A stretch of 64,000 nucleotides of DNA from Phoronis australis (taxonomy: Eukaryota > Animalia > Phoronida), in NCBI GenBank assembly GCA_002633005.1, contig NMRA01000132.1, forward strand, positions 186,001 to 250,000, written 5' to 3'. Positions within the stretch are counted from its first letter, which is position 1. Each line of letters opens with the position of its first letter. Of the stretch, positions 1-13,800 are shown piece by piece. The notes beneath the pieces are model-generated. The model saw only the letters and a program-made list of their open reading frames with translations. It was not told the origin of the DNA and did no database searches. The position numbers were made by a program, and so were the translations under genes.

Positions 1-1234
1 AAATTGAAAATTAGCGTTTGAATGAGTCACAAATCGTGTCTACACTCGGTATTGCCTGTTGGTTCGTATGACATCATTGTGGAATTTGGTTTCGCGCACT
101 ATTATTTAATGTAAGAACAAACATTTAATTCAAATTTCAGAATTTTCGAATAAAACGTTTTTTTTAATAAAAATAATATTCAAGCATTTCTAAATTAGCC
201 AAGGTCGTAAAACAACTACTGCTGTGCGGCTGTGTTGGAACCTCTTAACATTGTATTTAAACTGCAAAAATGACTCTTGAACGCACGGCATTAATGCTTA
301 AATATTGCGGGTTTGCCTTGACATGGAATCTTTCAATTTATCCTCAAGTCGGAAAGGATGTCGACAGCCTACATCAAATTAATTGACTTGTACCTAATTA
401 TCATTCTGGTCTCAGAGATGGGCTCCTTCGCAACCGGACATTCAATCAGAAACCTACTGAATTCGCCAGAATATTGAAAATCATACTCATCGCTACATGT
501 ACTTGATTTCGCTTGTAAGTGTTCAAGCAGCATAAACCAGAAGAAACTAGGCTGTGTCGCCGTACAGCTAACAAAGCACGGTATTTGTAAATACGGTTTT
601 AATTGTCCCCTGATATAAATATAATTTCCTACACTTACCAAGTGTCATCGATCTTTAAAAGTACCATGGTGTTTACACATTACCGTTCTCTGATGCTATC
701 AAGGATCTCAAACAAGTTAATATTGAAGCGTGCAAACGGGCAAGTTTGAAGCATAATCCGGGTATGCACGTAGCGGGGTAGGGAACACAAAGCTTGTTTC
801 TGACTTACCTACACACAACACCCCAATGCAAAAAAGAGTGCAGGCGGTCTGATGTTTTCCTTTGGTGCATCAGACATGCACAGGCCACGTGGTTGGGCCT
901 ATTACACTAAATACCTGATCTGAAACTCCCGAGAGCCCTGTTATCCCCATCAACAAGTTCTTGGTGAAAGACGTTTTCAAGTGTACTTGTCTCTTTTAAG
1001 AAAATAGACACACTTTCTCTTTGTTGCTAAGCACTATATACTGTAGGCATGTGGTGGTCTCATCCAGGAGCCTCTTCCTTATCCTATGAAAAGCTTGGCA
1101 AGGGGTTTCGACGTCAGGATACGCTGGACTTAACCCATATGCTCCCTGGTATGCCTGTGTCGGGCAATAGGTTACCGTGACCTCTTCAAATTTGAATGAC
1201 GCGTCTTGTGCCCAATCTGTCAGAACTCAGAAGG

Positions 1235-1545
1235 TTCTTTGAACAAATGCTCCTTTCTTTGCGAGTCTATCTGCATTTTCATTGCCGTCAATTCTTACAT
1301 GGGCCCAAACCCAGTGCATGCGGACAGTTTTCTCGATTGCGCGCCTGTTAAGCTCATTAATACAAGAGTTAATCCGTCAATCCATGATTTCTTTAGGGCT
1401 ATTGTCGCTGCTTGGCTATCAGAAAAAATGATAACTGACAGGTTGTCCAATTTAGTGTTGAGTTGACGTGCCAGCGGAGCACCTCTACTAATTGCATTGA
1501 TCTAGACCTGGAACACCGTGGCAAAATTGTCTAGCGAAACCCAGC
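1235..1545 (-). mobile_element. Decayed non-LTR retrotransposon fragment, RNase H domain (I/Loa/R1-like superclade)
   Basis: Minus-strand frames give SLDNFATVFQV*INAI, VIIFSDSQAA and, after a frameshift, VRMHWVWAHVRIDGNENADRLAKKGA; these are RNase H motifs. Confidence 0.85.
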
Positions 1546-1928
1546 TTTTCGCATCTGCAACAGGAAGGTTTGCAAAACAGATTCCATCATGAGCCTGTTT
1601 ATTTTCCACGTTAAGGCCTGCTCGTGAAACAAACCACCCCATTCTTGTATTTTTTTGCCATAGGACACCCGTCAGTTATCTTCGTGAAGAATTTGTTTTG
1701 GGGTAACTTTTGGCAACAAAGTCTTCGTTGCAACCAGGGCTGCGTACCATATAAGCAAGACACTCGCGAGGAAAGCTAATGTGATCACGTTTCGCTTATG
1801 GCAATGTCTCGAACACTTGCGTGATGTTGCATTTCTGTGAGTTTTCCAGTTGCGTCTACAGAACGCAGACCAGACTAGTAGACCACCTGAACGCATGACA
1901 GCTTACGAGAGAAAGAAAGCGAGTGTAT

Positions 1929-2130
1929 ACACGGATCTACGGTGGGGTTCAGAAGGTTTACCCCCGGGACATGATCAAAAATAAAAATTAAAGACGTCGC
2001 TAGTAAAACGAAATCAACTGCATAAACAAAACAAATCTTACACGGGGGGAAAACCCCCTCTCGAACTCCCCCGTTCNATTCGTGCGAATCCCAACCCCCC
2101 CCCCTTACTGAAAACGTAGATCTGCCACTG
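1929..2130. mobile_element. Degenerate MITE remnant (CAGTGGCGGATCT-type end)
   Basis: Right end GTAGATCTGCCACTG, left CACGGATCTAC, poly-G/C tracts; same terminus type as 4827-4983; contains an n at 2077. Confidence 0.45.
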
Positions 2131-3719
2131 AGAGTGGGTGAGCCACCCTTCGTAAACGAAACTTGTCTCGTTTTGTAGCACCATGAGTTAACGACTAACA
2201 ACTATACGTCACATTTATTACACCACAGCGTTATTGAACAGTACCAGTAGTACGATGCGGTTCGCGAACTACTGGTTGAATTATAACTGGTCAAATGTTT
2301 GAATTTCATTTCTAGTATTTGCATTTTAACTTAAATAATGGAAGATGACGATTTTTCGAAAATATTTAAATCAATTTAAAAACAGCAAAGCGTGCAACGT
2401 ATCTAGAGTGGGTGGGAATATCAAGTAATTAAAGGATGTGATTATTAACAAGAAACAAACAGTTATTATAGCTCAAGTGACAAGGCAAAAGAAATTACAT
2501 CCGGGTTTCAGAAACAACGGTGGCAGCTAGCCAACCATGGAATGAAAGAAGTCATTTTCAGTATCACACCAATAGGTGTCTCTATCTGTTTAAGCGTGAG
2601 CTGCGGCGTAGTTGAGCAAGTTCCCGCGCGAGTGGTTGTTCGGGTGGTTCAGAATTCAATCTTTAAAACAGTGTCTAGTGCACTGTAAGTTAGACTTTAC
2701 AACGCTGTCACTCTAATCGACTACGATATTTCTTTTATATGTACATTTGGTAAGCATGATGTCATTTATACGACTTCACCGTGTCACAACGCCCATATTG
2801 TCACAACTTGACATCGGGAATGTGGCAGTTTGAGCCAACATTCGAGGCCTAAATTGTCACAACGGACCAACATCAAAACAGCACATCGACTTGAGGGACA
2901 TGGTTGCCTGGTTTTACGGCCGAAAAATACACATTTTTGGGGTTATTGTTAGAAGAGATAGACCTCATTAACGGTAGCTTTTACCTGGGCTATAACCTCA
3001 CAAAATCCGCTGGTGCGTTTTTGTGATTTTATGATAAAACGCTAATTCGCTGAAATCAAGACCGATGTCTTCGTCAGCCTAATTACCTACGGGAAACTAG
3101 GTCGCACGCTCGTCGCATAGATACCCGACCTCTATTGTTATTCCCAACAAAGACGCACTAACAGGAAACCAATAGTGGCGTCCCATAGGCGGTAACCCTG
3201 CGACGCCCTTATATACCCGTCGCATGGATCTCGCAAGTTAAACAATAGCTTGCGACCTCCATACGACGTCATTTGGCATGGGATACGCTTAAAATTCTCT
3301 GCCATTTATCGAGTGTGGTTTAGCTCTGCCAACAGTGCGTTAGACGGACCCCGGGAGTTACAGATTCGATTCTGCGCTGAAGCTGATCTCAGAGATTTAC
3401 TTTGCTCGCCGATAGTCTCTTTTGTATGGCTATGGAAAAGAGTAGCAACAGTTGTATGCTTTAAAAAAGCGCCTCCAACAATATTTAAGAAAGTCTCAAA
3501 CTTACAATGTAAAACAGATATCTTGATCATCATCAATCACTAGTTATTCAGTTTTATCTGAATTCCATTAAAGAAGACTTTGAGAATGATTTCTCCCACT
3601 CCAGTATTATTTTAACTCCTTATTTAATAAAACAATTGATTCATTGATTCTATTGTAAGAAATATTATCATGGACGCTATGGTCACTTATAATAAATGTA
3701 CCTTTTGGGGCTTGCCTTG

Positions 3720-3773
<54 letters not shown>

Positions 3774-3785
3774 GTTATTATTATT
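3720..3785. repeat. (TTA)n microsatellite with decayed extension to about 3905
   Basis: Direct reading. Confidence 0.95.
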
Positions 3786-4826
3786 CGTTATCGTTATCAT
3801 TGTCGTTCGTTGCCGTCAATTTGGTATTAATATTATCATTATTATCATTATTTTTATCGCAATTATTATCATTGCTTTTATTACAATTATCATCATCATC
3901 ATTATGTAATCGGATAATAAAGCAGTAATAAATATTAAACGCAGCGTACACATGTGAACCACTACTGCTGAAACAAAGGTGTTCTTAACCACAGAGGTAA
4001 TTTATAGAGGTCAAATCCTATGTACACCTGTAGTTCAGGCACTTACGTAGACATTACTTAAACTACCTACCTTGGTGGGGAAAGCGCGCATTTTTATGTG
4101 AAATATCCCAAAACTGTAGCCACGTGTTGTGACATTTTTGGTAGGATTAGTACTGGTCCAATTTGTCACACAAAAGTGTCGTACGATTTGGGCTGCGAGC
4201 TCTTAAGTGAAGCGGCAAATTGTCACAATTCTGTGTAGCAGGCCAGGTTTGAACCTGGGCTGCAGGTCTACTCGGCCGGGCTGCGACAACCATTCCCACT
4301 GTACACTAACAGCTGATGAGGTCAGCACCTCGATTTCAATTAACTTTGACTGGAAGCCTTTTTGAGGAATCGATGATTTCTAATTTAAGCAGAAGAACGA
4401 CACCACAGTGTAGCATAGTGTTCCAGAAATATCCGCAAAAATGCGCCTAAAACCGCGCGTGTTCCCTAAACTTGAAGGAAGGCGCATACAATACTCGTTA
4501 AGGTACCCGTGTTGTCACACTCCCACTGCCGGTCGGAGAGCAAAAGTAGACAGCAAAGTGGTGTTTTTTGAAGCGCATCGGGTGTGCTTAGGCCACCTGA
4601 CTGAGCCCATTGCCACCTCATTATCGGACTCATGGGAGCCCCCCCCCAGCATGAGGTTCCGGACGGCTAAAATCTTCCATTTACTTGCTTCCCTTAGGAA
4701 GTTGGAAAGACTGTTAATGATGTGAATGATCTAGGGATTTCCTCCAGGTTATGTGTCCATCAAGTACAGTGGGTTGCGAAGCCTTTGATTCTCGGCTTCC
4801 ATGTCGGGGACCCAAGGAGACCAGGC

Positions 4827-4983
4827 CAGGGGCGGATCTAGGATTTTGAGTTAAGGGGGGGCAGGGCAGAGAATTATCCAGGATTTTGCTCGTCAGACAT
4901 TCGCACCCCCAAACTACCAAATGGAATGTGGGAGAATTTTAGGGGGGGCATGGCCCCCTTGGCCCCCACTAAATCCGCCACTG
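4827..4983. mobile_element. MITE, 157 bp, TIR CAGGGGCGGATCTAG / CTAAATCCGCCACTG, 5-bp TSD CAGGC
   Basis: CAGGC at 4822-4826 and 4984-4988; imperfect 15-bp TIRs. Confidence 0.85.
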
Positions 4984-5891
4984 CAGGCGTAGTGAATCGA
5001 CTAAGCGATCTCCTGGCGAGTTCTATGAACATGGGACATGAGTTTTTTTGCATTAATTTTTTTCACTCTCAGTTATAGGTAATCATACAAATAAATCAAA
5101 GTTATCTTAATGCTTTCAAAAGTAACCTGAGTTACCGGCCTACACAAAGAAATATCTGTACGTGGATCTGTCGATTGAGTCCATATCAGCAATCCTGTGT
5201 TAAAGTACGAGGTTACGAGCATTGAAACTCGGAAAGTTTAGAAATTAGGGATACCACACCATAATATGTTGTTGAAAAACCTCCCTCAGTCGGGGTTTGC
5301 ATTCCTCCACTAAATCCAGAGGACGTATCGCATTGCACGGCTACAAATTACAATAAACAAACACCTGTTTCGCTCCGACAGCGGCAGGCCAGCTATTTTT
5401 ATCATGTTCATCTGACCAGCACTGAGTTACTTACAATCATATTTGCCAGAACGCATTCTTACTGCAGTTTTCAATTTTCGTTTAAGTCGGCTTAACAATA
5501 GTGTACTATAGTTACAACTGAACAGATAAGGACAATCCTAGGCTACCAAACGTTCCTGTCAGAAACGCGATCTATAGATTATAGAATTCTCACTTCCCAC
5601 TCGAGGTAAACGGCTTAGTATTTAGTGTTTGCGTGTACCTGAGGGTCGCATCTTCAACGAAATGATGACGTCAAAGTCGACTTTTAGTTTTGATATCTAC
5701 ACACTCAACGGATCCGTTTTCATTCATGTAAATCCACGAGTTGTAACGAATTACAAAATCGGTTGTCATCTTTTCGACAATGCGAAAAATGTTAAGAAAC
5801 GTAATGAACTGCAGCTGGAAATGTTTAGCAACTTTCTGGTGAATGGGCGATGAATTCGTTTACTGGAAATTACGTGTAGCGAAGTTCCTAG

Positions 5892-6003
5892 CAGTGGCGG
5901 ATTTAAGGGGTGGGGAGCAAGGGGACCATGACCTCCCCTAAACCAGTTCGGGGTGGGAATATCAGTTTTTGCAAAATCCTGTCTAATACTCTGCCCTGTC
6001 CCC
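5892..6003 (-). mobile_element. Truncated inverted copy of the 4827-4983 MITE family
   Basis: Starts CAGTGGCGGATTTA; GCAAAATCCTGTCTAATACTCTGCCCTG matches the reverse complement of CAGGGCAGAGAATTATCCAGGATTTTGC. Confidence 0.75.
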
Positions 6004-6786
6004 GTGCTTTTTGTATCCGGTTTATGCGATCCTTATAGTCAGAGCAAATGCTAACTACACGAATGTTTCAATCGTTATTGAGCGAAACAGTTTCCATGCT
6101 AATGCATCCTTAACCAAGCTAATTATTTAGAGAAATCTCGACGTACATGGACACACATATTGTGTTACTGCAATATCTCTGACCGGGATTCAATTTGTGA
6201 CTAAAGCGCCAGGTTTTGACCCGCGCAAAATGCAAAGCACTGTCAGCGCAGTGTTATGAAAAAACATAAATATTGCTCACTACGATTTTTACCGAGAACA
6301 AAACTACACTCTCGCATTGTTCACACGGATTGTTTATTTTGACAGTGTTGAGAATGTGTGAAAGCGTGAGGTCGCTTCTGATTAGTTGGGTCAGTGAAGC
6401 ATATTTTGAAGCCAACAGAGTCGTCGCGGGTGATAGACATGGAAATCAAAATATTTCTAAATAGTTTACTTAAGGAACTCAAGCGCTGACATACAAAGCA
6501 AAGTACTCGATACGCACAAATAATTGGCATTTTACGGTGACTAGGATACACTTGGAGCAGTAAATCGGTATTACATGTTACAAATTTGCTTTTACACACC
6601 ATAAGCATGTTCAGAATCAGTTCGCTTAAAAAGTATGTAGAGAGACTCTAGAAAAATTCCTAATTTCGCTATATTCCGAAATTCATATATCGCAGATAGT
6701 TATTCAGATTCAACTGAAAATTTCAGATACTCAGACGTCATGTTTCCGATCCCATCCAACTGGCATAGTCAGTTGATATTAGTCTT

Positions 6787-7030
6787 ATGCGCGCACCCAG
6801 GGGGGGCTCGGGGGGGGCTCGAAGGAGCTCCCCATTTGGCGAAGTGGGCAAAAAGGTCTGTCTCAGAGAGAAACAAAAAGTCCGAAAAAGTAGAAAACGA
6901 GACAAAAGTCCACCAAAAAGGCAGGAACAACCAAAACTACCAAAATAACGCAATAATGCACAATTCATAGCTCTGAAAGTACCCAGTTTTTCTCAGTAAA
7001 AGGTCCACATCCAAAAAAATCGAGCCCCCC
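6787..7030 (-). mobile_element. Inverted, end-truncated copy of the 18777-19017 MITE family
   Basis: CCCCATTTGGCGAAGTGGGCAAAAAGGTC is the reverse complement of the matching segment near 18945-18975; end ATGCGCGCACCCAGGG. Confidence 0.8.
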
Positions 7031-10000
7031 CATCTTTTAGTCTTACACATGTATTTGCCTACCTACATGGCTTATAGGACCTTTCACACCACGGGTTTAG
7101 AACGGCCGGCCAACATTCTTTCTCAACCACAAGAATGTCAGGCCCAATGCGATAGATGATTTATGCGATTCAGCTCAGCCTGTCTCATTTAAATTTATTG
7201 CGCCCATGCCTTAGACAAGTGAGTGTCCTGAGCGTTCGAGATTGCCCATCTAAACACTGTTAAGAAAGCTTAACCCTTGGTCATCAAGGTTTTGAATAAA
7301 AAGTACCACATTCAAAATAGCAAATGCTTGGACACATACCCCCCCCCCCAGAGCTTATCATTGCTTGAAATCAATGTTAAGAAAAGACTTTTGTGCCTTT
7401 GAAGCAGCACATTTATCTCCATTCGCGTGACGTCCATCACTATTAGCATATCCCAGTCGTCCGGAACATCTTGGCCTTTCGTAGCCTCCCCTTAGAGGTG
7501 TTTCATTTCTCAGTGCGCATGTGCGAGCTTCACTCAGAGGAAAGAAAGTCACGTGACTGCCAAAATGAATGTGCCGAAATACCCATGTGGTAACGGGCTA
7601 AAATTCAGCAAAAGGAGGCAGACCACGGATTAAGAATGACGTCGTGTACGTATTTTGAATAGACGGATAGACATTATTTCAGCTGTCTGTTGACCAAATC
7701 CCTTTTTAATTGAAGTTCGCACTTGCGCAGACATGAAACGCTTCCGAAGAATAATTGAGACTACAAAAATGTCGAGGTGTTTCGGGTGGTCCCCTATATG
7801 AAGGCGGTCTCGTTCAGACCATGGCTGAAATGTCTTCTTTCAAACGCTGTTGGCAACTGCTCCACTTGGACATGAGGAATGACAACGTTAGGACTCTCCG
7901 GATGTTTGCGAAAAACATGAAAAATTACTTAATGAAGGGATAGTTCAGAAAACTATAACAGCATCTTTGGAGAGTTCAGCTGCAATTTCATCAAACGAAA
8001 TTTTGTCATGTTATTGATATCGTTGTTTTGTTATCAATGTTCTTTTCTACTTTGCTACATTTTAATAAGAAATACATGGGCACGTAACCCAATTAATGGC
8101 AGATTGGTATAAAGTCAAAAGTCAATTCAACAGGATTTTTGCATTCAGAAAACATATACTTTTACACGCGTAAATTCTATATCTTTGTACCTACTTTTCG
8201 ATAAACTCCCACGAAATATTAAAAGAATAAAACGAATAATGAACTCTTCGTGGCCTTTAAACTGACGTCAAAAGGTCATGACCCACCTGGAGGTCACTGA
8301 AGTTCACTGAGGGCTGCCAGTCTTCCTTGACTTACTAAATGAATCTTTGTCACTAAGGTTACGTAGGGGCACAGAATAATGCCCAAATCTTGCTAACTTT
8401 GGAAAGTCATATCTCAGGAACGGCTCCGCCGGTATGAGAATTTCACACGCAACGTTTCATTCTGAAAAACGCCGCGTTAGGAATTGTTTTTAAAATGTTC
8501 CACTTTTGCATGGCGGGCTATCGAAACAGGACCCATGATTTGAATTTAAAAAATTGAATTTTGCCACAAATTTTAAACGAAACGCCGGATATTTTTAAAA
8601 CTGTAACAAATTTCGGAGACTTTAAATTTCAACAATTTAATCATATATATCATTTGAAAAAAATCATCTAATTGATGGCATTGTTTTTTATGAATGGAGC
8701 TTTCTTTTTTGGTAAATTTTATTAAAATGATATAGTCACGCGATCCAATTAATCACAGATTACCATGAAGTAGTTGCAATGCCAAGTGAATCGAAAGATT
8801 AGACTAATGCTTTTCACCATAAAATAAATCAATGCGCGTTGTACGTTTCCAATATTTTTTAAAAAATTGCATTTTTAACAATCACTTCCGGTCAGGTGGT
8901 GCCATGAGACCTCTACAAATTACGTCAGCGAGGATGACCGCGACCTTTGGCTGCAGAAACCTGCTGAGTGTTTCATTAACGGGGACGGTTGAATGGAACA
9001 AATTTCCAAGCGGCATGGGTCAGGGGGTGTGTATCCACTTCATTTACTGAAACAGGATTGTCTGTCCCTTTTAGTGGCGCTACCTAACGACATATCTACT
9101 TGTGACTAGGAATATTGCTGAACGGAAAGTTACCTGAGTAAAGCTGAAGATGATTTTTTATAATACAGGTATGTTTCGCAACAACAGTGGAAGTCATAGC
9201 AAACTTCTTAGGTTTACAAATCTGTAGAGCGGCAGCAAGAATGTGTAGAAAATGCTGAGATAACCCCACTTACACACAGCTATATGTTTTGACGTCACGG
9301 CCTCCTTGGCTGGCAATAACGAGGACCCATAAGAATGGACGGCGTAAGAAATCCCTCATCACGACACTTATACTTTGTGAGTCTACGAAAGCGTGCGATT
9401 CCACACAATACAACAACATGGGTGGGAGTGCGTTTAATTTTATATGTAAATATTACACGGTCAGGAATTGCCATCGATATTGTCCGAAGCAGATTGATCA
9501 CAGAAGAACGAGGATGACCAGAATTAAAGTAGGAACTAGAAAAACATTGAAAATCCCAAGTCTTGATGATCACTGTAAATATTTGAACTGATTTAAATGC
9601 TTGCTGGTAATGTGGCTAAGCTAATAGAGTGCTTCTTCGGTCGAGCTTAAAACGCCAGCCTCAAGCATCAATTGATCCGACTGCAGTTTTACGACACCAC
9701 CGTTATAACTTAAACCAGTGGAGTAAGAACATGTCCTTAATTCGATACATTCGTAGTTCTCGGTAATGCATAACAGTAGGCGGGAGTTCGAATGTGCTAG
9801 CGAGCTTACTTCTACACCTGGGATCAACGGCCTCTTTTCACCAAAATATATTGCATGTACATCTAAAACCAATCTGTTAAGTAAGTATTTTCATTAAGTC
9901 CGTCATTATCGTTTAGTTTGCAGATGACACGAGGTCCATCTGCTGTTGTGGTCCGGGTAGAACCAGAGACATGACTGAAAATGACGTCGAATCACTTTCA

Positions 10001-10696
10001 AAGTTTAGGTTGCCCAATCGTGTTTCGTATGTGAAGATCGTGTTCACACGATGCGCATTTACTGGAAGAGGCTATGAAGACACGCTCTGTCTAAGAAGTT
10101 GACTTTTGGTTTAGGCCTGTGAACACTATACTAACTTTTGTCGAAAGTCTCAAGATTTTTATCGGCGACAAGTTCAATTGAATCAGCGTGCAAGATTTAA
10201 TTTTGTCGCCGGCGACAGAGGCCTTTCGTATTAAGCGACAAAGAACTCGTAAACATTTCTGCGAGTGAAAGAGCCTATTCAACACGCACTGATTCTTCCG
10301 TAAGGCGTAGAAATGGATATTTTACGTAGAATAAGCATGGTACGATCCGCGTATCCATATTGACGCACAGCAACTTTATTTGCCCCCGTAACCACGAGAC
10401 ACTTTCGAAGAGTTGCCGACTGTTTTAAGAACATGTTATAACTGGTGATATTGACTTTGTGAGAAGGAAGAAAGCTTCAAACAAATATATAAAACTACAA
10501 TTCAAATTTGGCTCAGAAGTGGCATTCATTCGCCCACTTCGGAGGCAACGCTAACGCACATTTCATAGTTCGCTCAGCGACTTAAAAACCCTAATGCTGT
10601 ACTGGAAGGAAACGTGATCTTGAGAGCAGGACCTATCCTGAAATAACGTATGAAAACACTGGTCCGCATGGAGTGATTCGTCATATACGACTAGTC

Positions 10697-10838
10697 CATG
10701 GGCAGCGCACCATAGGGGCTGGGAGTCTATAGCCCTCCACTCGGCTGCGCCGCCCTTGATTTATGAGCGATGCACCGCAGGGAGGCTGGGGGGCGGGGGC
10801 TATAGCCCTCCACTTTTTTCGGAGCTGCGCCACCCATG
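10697..10838. mobile_element. MITE with TIR CATGGGCAGCGCA / TGCGCCACCCATG and an internal dimeric unit
   Basis: TIRs; repeated GGCTATAGCCCTCCACT; relatives at 23892-24029 and a fragment at 14909-14938. Confidence 0.75.
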
Positions 10839-13800
10839 CTAACTTACATGAATATTAGGCCTGTGCAGACCTCTGACGGAAAATTTGGCACTACGAAAAT
10901 ACCCAAAGCGTTACGGATATGCGATCTACGAACAAGTTCACGTGCACGCTTCGTTCCCAATCGTAACAATGGGATAGAATTCCGGTTGGTGATACAATGT
11001 ACATGTAGTGAAGAGATCAAGCGGAAGTGAACTTTCCCACCAAATAACGCATAGCAATAACTGATGAATTTGTATCTTCTGTTTTCAAATCAGCCTGTGT
11101 ATCGGCTTCACATTTTCTAAAAACTGACGCTTAAAAGTTTTAACAGACTTTTAGACAGTTGCGTTTAGTCTGTTTAGCTGATGAAAAAGCGAAATTTGAA
11201 CAGGGTCTTTTTCTTGCCTGAAACAAGTCTCAGTCATAATATTCCTTACCGTTATAGGATTCTCTTTGCGTTACCAACAAGAACATGGAAAGCATCAAGA
11301 AAACGAAACTGCGAATATGGAAATAGCGCACGTACGGATTGCAATTCTAGGTCGGATGAGCATTGTAATATTACCTCCACAGCGCTTCGGTTAAGAATTC
11401 AGCAATGATTCACTAACAGCGACGAAATGCCCCTTTAAGGTCTATAGTCTGTACGCGAAATGAACGACTCTGTGTTCAGGTTGGCTTTGCTCCATGTGTG
11501 TAAGTAATACTTGTGTAGTATTGGGAAATACACATGCGTGAATCTAATTATTATTTTGTACCCTAGGTCTGGCCTGGATGACATTATATCTGACCTGCTT
11601 ACCAAATTATAGAAACTATGTAATTTTGTGAGGGCTTAATTTATCACTAATGCCTACAGTACATTGGATTTATAGATATCCAACCTACAATAGGAGACAG
11701 ACGGTGAGATCGCACTTAACAATCCCAAAACGCGAATGTGCCGTGACCAATTCTATGACTGGTTCTTGCTAAAACCTGGATATCTTAATTAGTGCATTTG
11801 GCAAACATGATGAGATTGTTCAAAAGTTAAGACATGCGGTGTACTAAGTGTCCACTTAAAACTTTTGACCGCTGGTGTCTGTCATTTTCAACAACAACTG
11901 TCCCGTTTTCCCGTGAGAATCCCTTGACCACAGCAAAAACCTTCAAGATCTCCTACAGCAGGCTGAGAAAGTGTACGTTTATCGAATCCAAACACGCGGT
12001 GATTTAGAAATTATCTAATCATCTAGTCGCACCACTGCCGTGACAAAAGTCCAGCTAGAAACTTTATAAATCCGATGCACAACTTTGGGGAAATCTCTGT
12101 AAAACACTGTCATAATAAACGGGTGCGCTGTAACCTTTTATAATTGTTGAAAAAAATGTTTTGTTTAACACTGCCGTTCAACACAAACCGATCTTCAACC
12201 TAATAACAGTTTCTCGTGAGCTCGAAAAAGACGCCAGCGCTGGAGCGTGTTTCTGATCAACGAAACATGTTCAATTTGAAAAAAAGAATCTTACTTTAAA
12301 CACGTTGAACAAAAGAACATTCCACTCAGCAAACAGGTCTCACGCGACAAACCAATTTTAGCCTGTTTTGTCACTAAGCCCTGTTTTGAACGGATATCTT
12401 TCAGTATTCTAAACACAAAATTCGAAGCACGGAAAATGGTAATATTGAAATCATAATTACTTTAACTTGGCAAAGCTGTTGCTTCAGCAATAGACAAGAC
12501 ACGCACGTGCGTAGGTCAACTACCGAGAGGACTATTGGTCGTCAACAAATGTAACTTCCTCGTTTTTGCTGAAGCCTGGTTCCACGTGACCCTTTTGCGA
12601 CCTGAGCAACAATCGAGTGTCAAACCAGGCAATTTTATTTGCTCAGTTAAAATCATGAACATGCGTTCCGTCGTTCAGTAGACAATTTTCTGCTGCTACA
12701 TGTACCATCGCTGCTCTCCTCTCAGATCGACACTTGTTAAAATGAATAAGGCTGACTAAGTTCTCATTTCAAGCAGGTGAATGCAAATTTCCCTGGTATA
12801 GCGATTCTTTGTTCGTGATCACGCGACATGCGAAATTATGCACAGATTATCGTTGTATTAGTCGCGAACAACGAACAGAAACGAATTGCGTAAAGTTATA
12901 CCACCGTTATTGCAAATAATTCCACACTTATTGAGAACTTAAGAAGTGTGTCGCTAAACGAATGTATCAAAGGATTTCTTTAGGCCTACAAAGACTATAG
13001 TAAGCACAGTTCTAACTATTGTGCACCTACTTTCGTATACTGTACAAGCGATGTTCCTAACAAGCGCTAAGAGTTTTCATCGTTTCCGCTCAAGTTGTGC
13101 GCCTTGAACACAACCAACACATATGTCAAAACTTTGTAAATGTGGGTAAATATCAGCATAAGTCAACCTACCATCATGACACGCACAGTGCAATTTACAT
13201 GTTAAAATCTTTTATGTTTCAGTCTTCTTGTAATGAGGTTACTTGCACCTGTTTCGGTCGTACATTTATGTAACGTTGTTTAACAGGGACTCAGATCCCT
13301 CTGGAAGGTCAAAAAGCCAAAAGTCAATCTGAAGCCTGCCAGATTAAACTTTTGTTGACGACGTAATTAGAAACTCACAGGAGTTCGTAAACTTTCACTA
13401 TAATGTCATTTTATAAATCTTAAATTAAAACACGTGTTTATAGCACCAGTACATCTGTAATTTGTTTGGGCCCACCACTCCACAGCAGAAAACTTACACT
13501 TTTACACTTCCTAAACTTTCTTTTGAAGTTTGAGGCAACGTTCTCGAGCCATAACAAAAGAAAGTTATTACAACTGTTACTGAAGTACACGCACTCGTGC
13601 ACAGTAAGAATGATGGCGACGTTTCGTTGTGTTTAATAGATCACCATCATCATCAGCTCATCAGCAGACAGGTGATTGTCATGGCGAAGACTGCTTATGT
13701 CACCCACGAGTGTAATCATTACTAATAAAATTATAATATGACAATCGTTTATTGAATTTCTGTAACCCTGACAGCAAATTGTAAAAAAATACATCGCAAC

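Noticed and set aside
3050-3085. Minus-strand CTGACGA plus AGAC/GTCT stem as a hammerhead
   Set aside because: No GAAA box or helix III follows.
7510-7645. NRF1-like, GTCACGTGAC E-box and CRE-like motif cluster as a promoter
   Set aside because: No adjacent gene identified; such short palindromes are common in transposon remnants.
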